A stretch of 50,781 nt of DNA from Rhizaria sp. SCN 62-66 (taxonomy: Eukaryota), in NCBI GenBank assembly GCA_001724265.1, contig MEDY01000213.1, forward strand, positions 1-50,781, read 5' to 3'. Below are positions 1-10,443 of the stretch, piece after piece (position 1 is the first letter of the stretch; each line of letters opens with the position of its first letter). Under the pieces are notes generated by a model that was given only the letters and a program-made list of their open reading frames with translations, ran no database searches and was not told the origin of the DNA. The position numbers and the translations under genes are program-made.

Positions 1-279
1 GTTGCTCAGGTCTCCGCCATCTCCAACTCCAAGATCCTCCGCATCCTCAAGTCCGGTGGCCTTGCTCCCAAGCTCCCCGAGGACCTCTACCACCTCATCA
101 AGAAGGCCGTCTCCATGCGCAAGCACCTCGGCGCCAACCACAAGGACCACGACTCCAAGTTCCGCCTCATTCTCGTTGAGTCCCGTATCCACCGCCTTGC
201 GCGCTACTACCGCTCCCGCAAGTTCCTCCCCCCGAACTGGCGCTACGAGTCCAACAACGCCTCCACCCTCGTCGCGTAA
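1..279 (+). CDS. RPS13: 40S ribosomal protein S13 (uS15), 3' part; 5' end lies outside the window
   Basis: Frame +1 (not in the ORF track) reads [43 protein letters not shown]...[20 protein letters not shown]...[17 protein letters not shown], then TAA at 277-279. This is the eukaryotic S13 signature. Confidence 0.97.
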   Translation, partial: VAQVSAISNSKILRILKSGGLAPKLPEDLYHLIKKAVSMRKHLGANHKDHDSKFRLILVESRIHRLARYYRSRKFLPPNWRYESNNASTLVA

Positions 280-706
280 GTACTATGCGTAACTAAATAC
301 ACAACAACCCATCCTAGTGCAACTCTTCCTTCCCCCCACATCTTTCTCTCGTCTTGTCTCGTCAATTTCTGTAAAATGCGACAACATTGCTTGCGACAAC
401 ATTGAACATCTGGATTGATCATTACATGTCATGGAACTTTTCAGTAGATGCATATTATACACGCTGCAAAATATGAGTAGACTTTGTATCAATCTGGGTT
501 GCCCTCGCGCTCATGCATCGTGCGCGCGGTGCAAACCCCCGTACTCAAGTAAGAACTGCGAGGACGTAACTGGGGAGAAAAACTGAAAGAAGAGAAGATA
601 AAAACAACAACAGAGACAAAAAAACACACTTTTGGAATACTGATATATACGTAGCGGGTGCTCAAGCTGTTCACGACAAGGTTTGCGAGGAGCAGCAGCA
701 AAGCGC

Positions 707-1822
707 TTACTTGCTGTTGGCGCGCGCCTTGCGCTTCTGCGTCTTGAGCGTGGTGTCCTTGCGAGCCTTGGCGGTCTGCGCGCGCTTGGCGTCGCCGTCC
801 TTGCGCGCGGTGGACATCTTCTCGCGGAGCTTGTGGCGCTTCTCGATGTTCTTGCTGAAGACGACCTCGCCCTTCTTGACCTTGTCAGCGCCCACCGAGG
901 CCGCGGCGCGGTTGACCGCGATCGCCTCCGACTCCTTGACCTTGCCCAGCACCTTCTTCATGATGCTCGCCTGCTGCGCGCGGGCCACGTCGGGGCGCGC
1001 CAGCACGTGGTCCTGGCGCTTGATGCGCGCGGCCTTGAGCTCTGGCTCGCCGCGGCGCTTGACGTCGAACTTGCCCATCGAGTTGGTCGACTTCTGCGCC
1101 ACCGCGAGCGCGACCTCGGCGTGCGTCAGCACCTTGCGCTCCTTGTGCTGCTGGTTGCGCTTCGCGGGGCGCTGGTTGCCGAGCAGCGAGGCCAGGTCGA
1201 GGTTGCCCGGGATGTTCTTGCGTTTGCCGCCGGTGACGGCGCGGATGTTGCTCTCCTGGTTGCGCTTGTTCTTCTCCACGCGCTCCTTCTTCTCCTTCTT
1301 GAGCTCCGCCCACGGGTCCGCAGCCTGGCCCGGCACGAAGGCGCCCTTGTGCTCGATGACCCAGTCGCCAGACTTGGTGTGGTCGTTCGCGCGGTCGTAG
1401 CCCCAGCGGCGCTTGTAAGTCTGGGTCTCCTCGTCAAACACCGTCGCCGAGCGCTTGCGGTTCACGATGCCCTTGCTGAGAGCGAACTTCTCCCAGCGGG
1501 TCATCTCCTTCGGCTTCGGCAGCGGCTTCTCGCGCGGCAGCTTGAACACCGGGGGCGGGAGCTGCACCAGGCGGCCCACCTCGGCGGGCTCGGAGGGCAG
1601 CGCGAAGATCTTGTTCATCAGCAGCTGGGTATGCTCCTTGGCCAGACCGAGCAGATATTCGGGCGAGCGGGCCTTCTTAAAGTCGACGTCAACCTCAGCA
1701 AACGCAGCAAGGCGGTGCAGATCGTACGACATGTATTCGCGGTCCTCGGGCGCCTGGACAACCTCGCTGCCGGCCTTGGGGCCGAGCATCTCGGGAGTCA
1801 CCTTCATCGCTTCAGCAGCCAT
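707..1822 (-). CDS. RRS1: Ribosome biogenesis regulatory protein RRS1 (371 aa)
   Basis: Motifs TQLLMNKIFALP, LPREKPLPKPKEMTRWEKFALSKGI, VFDEETQTYKRRWGY and AQKSTNSMGKFD. First ATG at 1822; ends TAA. Confidence 0.95.
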   Translation of the reverse strand: MAAEAMKVTPEMLGPKAGSEVVQAPEDREYMSYDLHRLAAFAEVDVDFKKARSPEYLLGLAKEHTQLLMNKIFALPSEPAEVGRLVQLPPPVFKLPREKPLPKPKEMTRWEKFALSKGIVNRKRSATVFDEETQTYKRRWGYDRANDHTKSGDWVIEHKGAFVPGQAADPWAELKKEKKERVEKNKRNQESNIRAVTGGKRKNIPGNLDLASLLGNQRPAKRNQQHKERKVLTHAEVALAVAQKSTNSMGKFDVKRRGEPELKAARIKRQDHVLARPDVARAQQASIMKKVLGKVKESEAIAVNRAAASVGADKVKKGEVVFSKNIEKRHKLREKMSTARKDGDAKRAQTAKARKDTTLKTQKRKARANSK

Positions 1823-2446
1823 CAGAAAGTGTCTGCACAGAAAGAAATACGGACATTGAAACAATGGTGAAATAAAAATGGATGAGAATACACAGCCTTA
1901 ATTCTAGATAGCAACTAATTTGTCAATCTTAGCGGATACAAAGCATACACGAAGTCTTCGCCGTCGTCGCACCCCTTGCTCAAGACAGCCTCAAGACAAG
2001 ACGACGAGGAGCGAGAAGAGTGGTCGTGTTCCCAAAAATTCGCGAGCCGATTCGATCCGTTGCTGTGGCCCCAATCAAGCTAAATTTGAGCCGAGGCTTG
2101 TTCAGTTATTCGTCGACTGCTTGACATTTCGCGGCTACACCGCGTATGCCAGTTTGTATATTGCATTTCATTTGTTTCGCATCGCATGTGGACTCGGTTG
2201 CGACCTCGTTCATGCATCTTTTGTCATGCGACACGTGTCTGAATCCCACCACAAAATACCTAGGAGATTTCGTTGTGAATTCATTGCACTGCAACAATTT
2301 AGACATCCTTTTAAGGGACGCACAGAAGCGGCACATACTATATTTGAACGGTTCTTTAACTAGACTCATTCCTACTGACTTGTGTATGTTTTACTTCTTC
2401 CCCCTCCCGTCACCGCTCGGACATTGTTTCGCGGCAAAGCTTTCGA

Positions 2447-5400
2447 ATGGAAGCGACTCCGCGTCGCCAGACGCTGGCAGCCCGCGTCCAATCCCTTGAG
2501 AGCTTTATTGCGCAGCTTTCCGCCGCGCTCGAGACGCAGATTGACGTCAACAAGGCACACCTGGCCGATCAGGACGCGCTGGCTGCTCGCGAGGCTGATC
2601 TGGCCTCCCGCGAGGTACACCTCGCTAACGCGCACGCCGCGCTCCTCGACGCCGAGACCGCATTTGCCGCCCGCTCCGACGCCGACTCCGGCGCGTGCGT
2701 GGAGTTAGGCGCGGGCGCAAGTGCCTCCGAAACCGCGCTTGAGACGGCCCTGCGCGGGCGCAAGTGCGGCTTCGCGCTCTATCTCTACCCCGGCCAGCCC
2801 GTGCGGCTGCCTTGGACCGTGCTGGCGGCCTTCGCGGCGCTGGCCGTCGCCTTCGTGCTCGTCACAACGTCGCCTTCGGAGGAGAACGCGGCGTCCGCGC
2901 GCGCCGCCGCCGAGGCCGCCGCGCGTGCAATGGCCGACGCGCAGTCGGCGCGGTCGGTGTTCGTGGCCGCGCTGCTGCAGCTGCTCGCGCTCTTCACGTC
3001 CATGGCCGTCGACTCCGAGGTCGAGGTCCCGCTGCTGGGCCGCGTCGAGTGCCTGCAGCAGGGCCGCCAGTCGCTCGGCATGCTCGTCGCCGGGCTCGCC
3101 GTCGGCGTCATCGCCTCCGCGGTGCACATCCTCGCGCCCATGCAGCGCCTCACGGCCAGCTACCGCGCCGCCACGGCCCCGCCACGCGTGCGCGCCGCCG
3201 ACGGCTCGCTCGTCGCCGCGCCGCCGTTGTCGTCGCTCTCGTTGAGCGTCCCCGCCAAGGTCGGGCTGCGCGCCTACACCGCCGCCGCGGACGCGCCTTC
3301 GCCCGTGGCGCGCCGCTACGAGGCCTTCTCGCCGCGCTCCTTCTCCGCCGCCTCCGTGCCCGGCGCCGCCACGCTCGCGGGCTTTGCCTCGCCGTTTGCG
3401 CCCGCAGCCGCCTCCCCCCCCGCGCAGACCGAGGCCCCCGCGGCTCTCGCGACCCCCGCGCGCCCCGCCGCCGGTCTCCCCGCGGGATCTCGCGCCGCGA
3501 GCGCCGTCAAGCTGACGCCCGCGGCAGCCCAGTGGGCGCGCGCACAAGCCTCCGCGCAGGCCTCGGCCCTCAATACGCCCGCGCGCGCGACGCCCGGGTC
3601 GGCGCGCGCCTCCGCGGCCGCAGTCAACGCTGCCGTGGCCGCCGCCAACGCCGCCGCCTCCGCGGCCGCCGCCAGCGCCGCGGCCAGCCCCGCCCGCGCG
3701 CGGTCCCCCGCCGCGGCGACGCCGACGCCGCGCGGCGCCAAGGTGACGACGGACGCGGCGGACCTGCGGTCGGCGCTCAAGAGCACGATGTACTCTGATT
3801 ACTTCGCCGGCAGCGACGACGACGCCATCGTCTTCTCCGGACTCGCCTCCCCCGTCCCCAACGCTAGCAACGGGAGCCGCGCTCCACTGTCGCCGCCCCA
3901 GGGCGCGCTGACTTCTGCGGTGGCGGCTTCTGCGGCCGCGGCGGCCGCGGCTGCTGCAGCCAACGACGACGTGCCGTTTGCCTCCGTGATCGACGCCAGC
4001 TTCGGCGGCGCGGACGCTGGCGCGGAGGAGGAGGAGTACTACTTCGACGAGGACGAGGACGGCGACCGCGACCAGGGCGACTTTGCCGCCGACGACGAGA
4101 TCGCGGCCGCGGGCGACCTGGACCTGCCTGCGCTGGTCGCGTCCTCTGTCAGCCCGCCCCACCCCTGCAGCGCCAGCGCCAGCGCGGGCAAGAGTAACAG
4201 CAATAGCAATATCACCATCCCCGCGCCTGCGGCTGCGCCCGCGCCCGTGCGATCCCCGCAGCCGCAGCCCCAGCCCCGGTCGCCGGCGCGGTCTCCGGCC
4301 CAGACTCGGTCTCCGGCCCAGGCTCAGGTCCGCCCCCCAGCGTAGGCGGCGTCGCCGCGCCCCACGGCGATGATGGAGGCCGCGGCGGCGCTGTCGGCGG
4401 CGGGTGCTGACGTGGCTTACGCGCGTGGCGCCTTCGAGCTCGAGTACGAAGACGAGCCCGTCGGCTCCAACAACGCCAGCGCCAGCGCTACGGCCGCTCC
4501 CAGCGCGAGCATCAAGGCTGGTCGCTCTACCGCTGCCGCTGCCGCTGCTGCTGCTGCTGGCGGCGTTTCGCCTGCGATGATGTCGCCCGCGTCGCCGGCC
4601 GTGGTGCACCACTCGTACGCCGCCGACAACGACGACGACGGCGACGACTACGACGAGCAGGAAGAAGAGGAGGAGGACGGTCGCCGCTACGCCGTCGGCG
4701 CGGGCTCGCTGGCGTCGCAGCTCGACGCCGCGGCCGTGACCTCGGCCGTGGCGTCGCTGGGCGCCGCGGTCCCGCTGGGCGATAGCGAGCACCTGGTCCT
4801 GGTGACCGACCCGCGCCCCGGCGCCGCGCCTGGCGCGACAGTGCTCGTGCGCGCGTCCGTGAGCAAGACGGAGGAGTTCGTGCCGCCGGCACCCGCGGCG
4901 GCGAGCATCTCCGCGAGCCGGCCGGTGTCGGCGTGCGGCGCCCTGTGCGCGCGCGCGGACGCTCTGGCCGAGGCGCACGACTACGAGGCCGTGTGGGCGC
5001 TGCTCACGACGCCCGAGGCGCGCGCCGCCGCCGCGGGGGCCGCCACGGGCGCCGAGACGGCCGAGGTGCTGTGGCGGGCCGCGCGCGGCGCGTACCACAC
5101 GAGCAAGGCGCTCAACAAGGCGGGCGACGCGGCCGGGCTGCGCGCGCGCGTCGAGGCTGGCCACGCGCTGGCGCTCGAGGCCGTGGCGGCTGACGACGAC
5201 TCGGTGCTGGCGCACAAGTGGGCCGCCGTGCTGGGCAGCGAGGTTGGCGGTCTGGGCGGGCAGCAGGGCAAGATCGACCAGGCGTTCAAGTTCCAGCAGC
5301 ACGTGCAGCGCGCGCTCGCGCTGGCGCCCGCCGACGCTGATCTGCACCATATGATGGGCCGCTTCTGCGTCGAGATCGCCGGTGTGGGGTGGACGATGCG

Positions 5401-5653
5401 CAAGGTCGCCGAAATTGCCTTTGGCGGACTGCCCAAGGCCACCGTCGAGGACGGGCTCGAACACTTCCGCCTCGCGCGCCAGGGCGAGCCCGCGTGGCCG
5501 CTGAACCTCGTGTGGATGGGGCGCGCGCTGCGCAAGCTCGGCCGCACCGCCGAGGCCGAGGAGCTCTTTGCCGAGGCCCTGGCGCTGCCCGCAGTGCGGC
5601 TGGAGGACGAGGAGGCGCATGCCATGGCCCGCAAAGAGCTTGAGTCGATGTGA
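2447..5653 (+). CDS. RMDN/FAM82-family (regulator of microtubule dynamics) TPR protein with N-terminal coiled coil and TM segments; 1068 aa if the in-frame TAG at 4343-4345 is sense
   Basis: ORFs 2447-4345 and 4370-5653 are in the same frame and separated only by TAG plus 8 sense codons. The C-terminal domain has RMD motifs EVLWRAAR, HKWAAV, FQQHVQRALALAPAD, MGRFCVEIAGVGWTMRKVAEIAFGGLPKATVEDGLEHF. The domain call is firm; the fusion is inferred. Confidence 0.75.
4343..4345 (+). other. In-frame TAG no. 1 (candidate sense codon)
   Basis: CCC CCA GCG TAG GCG GCG TCG CCG CGC CCC ACG GCG ATG; GC-rich coding-type sequence on both sides with no AT-rich spacer. Confidence 0.75.
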
Positions 5654-6076
5654 ATGCACTTTCCGATGCGACTGTTCTACCAACAATAACGAAAATTTGA
5701 CATATTTAGCCTAGGGCCAGTGATTTACAGAAACCCCAATGAAAAAAATAGATTAGGATTCATTGTTTATTTCAATTTTTGTGGTTTGGAAAAAAACTAA
5801 ACGTATATTTGAGTTAATACGACTCACCATCGGGATATCAAATGCCAATCACACGACAGAGCAATTATTAATACGTACCCCCGACGTACGTACATGTAAG
5901 CGCTAATACGTACGTATACGTAGCATACAACACAGTATATTAATATATAGAACACGGCAAGTAGCCACAGCTATCGCAACTAGTACATTTAAGAGAGGTT
6001 TCATTCTGTTAGGGCGCACTGGCACGCCGAAAAAAATTAATCATTTTTTTGGTGTACACATTTGAGAATAAGTGGA

Positions 6077-8680
6077 TCATTGAGGCGCGAAGCCAGCGTG
6101 GCAAACAGCCACCCGAGCCAAACGGCTGCCATTGCTGCAACTCTCAGACTGGCACCGTGTCTCAAAGCGTTGTAACACAACGGTGTCGAACGGACTGGTC
6201 TCGCCGTCTTGTTGCGCAGGCGGCTGCGTTGTAGCCACGCACGACATTACGCGACCAACGGGTACGGCACCGCGTAACACGCTCACCGGACATGGCTTGA
6301 AAATAATAAGCCACGGAGTGTCATATGTCTCGGTCGGCAGAATGGCGCGGGGATACATCATGACTGTGCCGACAGGGTATGTTGCGGACTCGGCCGCGCC
6401 AGCGTCTGCTGTCTCTGCGAATTCGCCGTAGACAATTTCGCTCCCAGGAAGCGACAATGGCGCAGGCGCACATGAGACATCCAGATTCGCAAACCTTGAA
6501 TTGTAAAATGTGACAAACGGCTGCGAAGACGCCGCAGTCTGACCCTGCGGCACGTAGCATGTGTGAAGCGAGTTACCGATTCCATTACCCGCCGCAGCGC
6601 GGAAGTGCGCCGCGTTGCAGGGGAATCTCTCGTCATTCAGCCGAATTACCATACTGTACCTGTCCTGAATCAGCGACATGGAGTTGTAGAGATGCAGAGT
6701 CATTATAACATCCGACTTCACGTGCTGAGATGTCAGCAATTCCCCGGAGTAGACGAGGATGCGCTCACGCGCCATAGCCTGCAGCAGAGCCAGTGCAGCC
6801 GGGGACGGCGGCGAAATGTTGGTTTGGTGTTCAGGGACAGAAGCTGGCTGCTGAATCTCAGCAGGCTTCTTGCGCGACAATCGCGGGGGAAAGCCGCAGT
6901 TTTCCAGACTACACGCGATGTGCGCGTCAAACGCTTTTTGCCAGGAACTGCGTTGCTGCAAAAACTCACGCATCTCTGCAAAAGAGTTCGTGCGCACATC
7001 TTCTGTGACAACTGTGTCGGGTGTGATCACAGCCATACTTACAAGCAGTGATTGCAATTGCAAAAGCTCATGCCGCGCGTTGCCACCGTCATAATCTTGC
7101 ACGCAGACATGATACTGCAATATCTCGAGCGCCTGCGGCCCGCGACTTGCCATAAACATGGCTACAGCGGAGTTGAGCGGCGCAACCTTGTCGTCGGATG
7201 CAGCAGGATCAAGAAAGATGACGCTTGCGTTCATGGCCTTGCGCAACACACACAGAAGCAGTGCTAGGTCATCGGCGCTCATACACACAGTGACAGGCTT
7301 CATTTCTGGATCATTACTAGACAACACAACTTTCTTCAGAAGTGTGCAACAAAGCTTCGATACGCCACTGGCAAAAAGCTGCTGCCCAGCTGTGCGCGTC
7401 ATGTCAGATTCAGGACCGAAAATGCTGTCGCACACTCGCACAATATTGCTTGACAATACGACATCCTCGCTAAAGTTGTCATTGATAGTGTCCAAAATGT
7501 GCACAAAACCACTCCCCCCCGAGAGGCGTTGAGCAAATGCAGGAAAATGGTCTGACAAAAAGGCCAACTCTTCCAGAAGCAAATTGATGATCTCCTTATC
7601 CCTCCAATTGTTCGTGTCGATTTGCTCGAGAAGGCAATCGAGACGACGGTCGTTAAAAGCACGGGCAAACGTGGCGTCGTCAAATAGGCGAAGAAACTTC
7701 AACAACAGTTGCAATGCTTCCACGTTCGAGCTATCCAGCAGCGGCTCGAGATCTTTACTGACAACAAAGCCCATAAGGTCGTTGCGGCGTTGAGCGTCGT
7801 CCGTGCCACTCTCGCACTCAAACATACTGTGCAAGGCAGAGTAGATGCACAGAACGGGCGAGACCGAGTGACCAAGAAATACGTAGCGCCGGAGAATGTT
7901 GCGCAACAGCGGAATGAAGGCAGACACAGAGGCGTATGAAAGCCGTGAGCTTGATGTGAAGATGAGAAGCGTGCTGCCAAGAGCATGATGAAAAGATTGA
8001 TCGTCAAACAGCGCATCATGCTAGAATTTTCGCTCATGCCGTGCCCTCTTACGCATGCAGGCCAGCAAGTTCGCCAGCGCAGTGTGTTTGGAAGAAATGG
8101 TGATGATGGCCTTGCGAGCAACAGTATTCACAGGCCCAAGAACAGAAGTCATCAAGTCACTATGATGAGGGAAACGAGGAAGAATAGCAGTAAGGTTCTC
8201 AACAATGCCACACTTATCAAGTAGCCTACAGCCGTCGGCAGAAGTGGCTATTGAGTCAAAGAGCATGATGATGGCTTCGAGTCGAGGCGCAGCGGCGTCT
8301 GCATACGCACCATCATCTGACTCTACATGTGTGTCTAAGTCTTCGTCTACGTCCACTTCCGCGTCCGCGTCCGTGTCTGTATCTTCATCTTCATCTTCAT
8401 CTTCGTCTTCATTGGCGCCGACGTCGGAGTCGGTCTCTGCGTCTGTAACCTCACCTGTGACGTCCTCGTCTTTTGCGTCGCCGTCGCCGGTAAGCACGAG
8501 CGATTGCAGAAGCAGACCAACGACGCCACTCTCACCAAGGATGTCAAGATCGGAGTGCATATAAAACGCGTCCCGGAGATTACTCACGGCGGAACGATCT
8601 GGCGCCAGAGCTATCGCACAGCTCACCGCAGCATGCAAGCGATGAATCTGCTCTTGCTTCTCCTTCGATGACTTGCTCAT
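6077..8680 (-). CDS. Helical-repeat (ARM-like) protein with a C-terminal degenerate cyclophilin-like domain; 867 aa if the in-frame TAG at 8021-8023 is sense
   Basis: ORFs 8021-8680 and 6077-7927 are in the same frame, joined by TAG plus 31 sense codons (HDALFDDQSFHHALGSTLLIFTSSSRLSYAS). The C-terminus has cyclophilin-like blocks in the expected order. Ends TGA. Confidence 0.65.
8021..8023 (-). other. In-frame TAG no. 2 (candidate sense codon)
   Basis: Minus strand reads CGA AAA TTC TAG CAT GAT GCG CTG TTT; the frame stays open to 6077. Confidence 0.75.
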
Positions 8681-9752
8681 TGCGGACTGATAGCGAAGTT
8701 AGCTCGACAGACGTCGAAACTGAACAGTGCTCACAAAACTCGTCTACTTCTGGTCAACCGTTGTTCTGTGGGGCTTCGGTGGCGTGGTGTCCGAAGTATG
8801 TGGGATGGGACAGGAGGAATATAAGATTTGCGTGAGAGTTGGAGTGTGTGAAAGGCAAAAGTGTGAAGCTTTGTTTGCAACGTATGCATGTTGCCGATAA
8901 ATATTATTATAAAAATAGCATAAAACACTCAATTTATGCAGGATACGAAACGGAAAGTGCGTGCGACAAAGTACTTATGACAGTATATACGATTTCGAAT
9001 CGGACAGCAATGGGTGCGTCGTTGCGGAGGGGCTCGAACCAAATGGTCTGGTCAGTCGGCAGCTCAACGGCTACCACACCACATATCAATTTTGGTTAGA
9101 TTCCAGCGGCAGAAACGGACTTCAAAAGATTGGTTGTAGGACGCCATTTGATTCAGCGCGATAGAACCCCTCCACGTTGTCTATATTATAATTCTGTGTA
9201 TTCTTGTCGAATTCTCAAAGGTTATACTAGTCCACTACGTAATACTAGTACCTATCGAGAAGATGGATGGTTACTTGGAGGCTTATAGCGTTGCACAGCA
9301 CATCGCACTTTGCTGCTGCAAGTTGCGCTATCGTTGTACAATATTGTACATGTAATTATAAATTGCACACGTGGAACACAAGTTGAATGAACACAGCCTG
9401 TCTGGCGTGCACGGCAAGAATGACCTTGCGCGCCACAGCATACACATGCTTGACAAGTCGGGCCACCAGAACTCGGTCATATTGAGAGACGAGAAGCCAA
9501 CAAGTGACTTTCTCAATGAGGCCGCATTCAGCAAGCGCGCCCCGTCACAGCCAGCAGACTGGCCGACAATCTTTTCAAGCACCGAGATCGCTGCGTACAG
9601 TCGTTGCACGTATGTGCGTGACGACACCACACTCGCGGAGCATGTCTTCGTTTGATCAAACACAAGGCGCACAAACAAGCACACTCAGAGAAAACATATC
9701 TATCACTAGGGTCATTACCCCACACAAAGCAAGATGTAGCCACATTATTGCT

Positions 9753-9990
9753 TGATTGGTGGACCCCACGTCGTCTTGCGACTGGCTCAATCACAAAGGC
9801 GGTCGAGTATCGCATATAGGCGTTAAAAAGTCAGCCCTCATTGAATGCAAAGAGAGTTTCACACAAGACTGTCGCAGGATGTGGCTCTGACGTATTCTTT
9901 GCTGATTGGCTGAGCAACACGCAAAGCCAATGAGAGGAGGGTCGTCGATGTTAGCTGACTAGGTGAGGATGAAGACGACCTCAGATTGGC
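9753..9990. promoter_or_regulatory. Cluster of four CCAAT boxes in the divergent intergenic region
   Basis: ATTGG at 9755, 9905 and 9985 and CCAAT at 9927. The 9905 copy reads GCCAATCAGC on the minus strand, close to the NF-Y consensus. Function is inferred only. Confidence 0.3.
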
Positions 9991-10443
9991 GTATTCATGA
10001 TTGCCGGAAATACAGCAATTAACCCAAGAAAAAACACATAATATAAGCCCTACTCAAAACGAAGCAGATCCCCGGACGAAGTGGCTGTCCCATACTAGTG
10101 TTCCAAAGTTGCGCCTACGAGTGGCGGACGAGCACGCATTCGGCGCCTCTCATCGGACCGTTTCTCCCTCTCACGACATTCCAGATTGATATCACCCTTC
10201 TATCGAGTAGCCAACGAGTTTTACAGTGATTTATAAATATCTTATAACACTTTCTACACTATTTGTATATTATATAATCAGCAGTACAGACTATAAACTA
10301 AGTTTCACACTTTACTATCCCTCACTCACCGCGCCTGTTTCCTCGCTTGCCGTCTCCCTGAGCAGTGCTCCTCCTCTATTGACTTGGGTTTGTGGAAATA
10401 GGTCTTTTGAGCTGGTTGAGTTTCTTTATTCTAGCCTCTTGTA

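Noticed and set aside
2-292. 96-aa Ser/Pro/Thr-rich ORF in the track
   Set aside because: Wrong frame; frame +1 encodes RPS13.
4328-4345. Tiny GT...TAG introns as an explanation for the in-frame TAGs (18 nt here; 15 nt at 21036-21050)
   Set aside because: They are GC-rich, have poor donors and no pyrimidine tract, unlike the 119-153 nt introns seen here. Disfavoured but not excluded without RNA-seq.
2705-5686. Long antisense and alternate-frame ORFs (for example 683-1870 +, 2705-5686 -, 39616-41595 -, 43210-44595 +)
   Set aside because: Shadow ORFs caused by extreme GC3 bias; they overlap recognisable genes and give Arg/Gly-rich translations with no motifs.
9029-9040. GGTTCGAGCCCC on the minus strand, resembling a tRNA T-loop or B-box (checked as a possible suppressor tRNA)
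   Set aside because: The T-stem does not pair beyond 2 bp and no cloverleaf can be drawn. I found no tRNA in the window.
8731-10200. Short ORFs in the divergent spacer (for example 9371-9655 + and 9328-9684 -)
   Set aside because: No host codon bias or recognisable motifs; treated as non-coding, though a small gene or decayed element cannot be excluded.
10432-10434. In-frame TAG just upstream of the cNMP gene ATG, a possible N-terminal extension
   Set aside because: An in-frame TGA lies at 10417-10419 and the TAG follows a pyrimidine tract, so it is more likely a splice acceptor.
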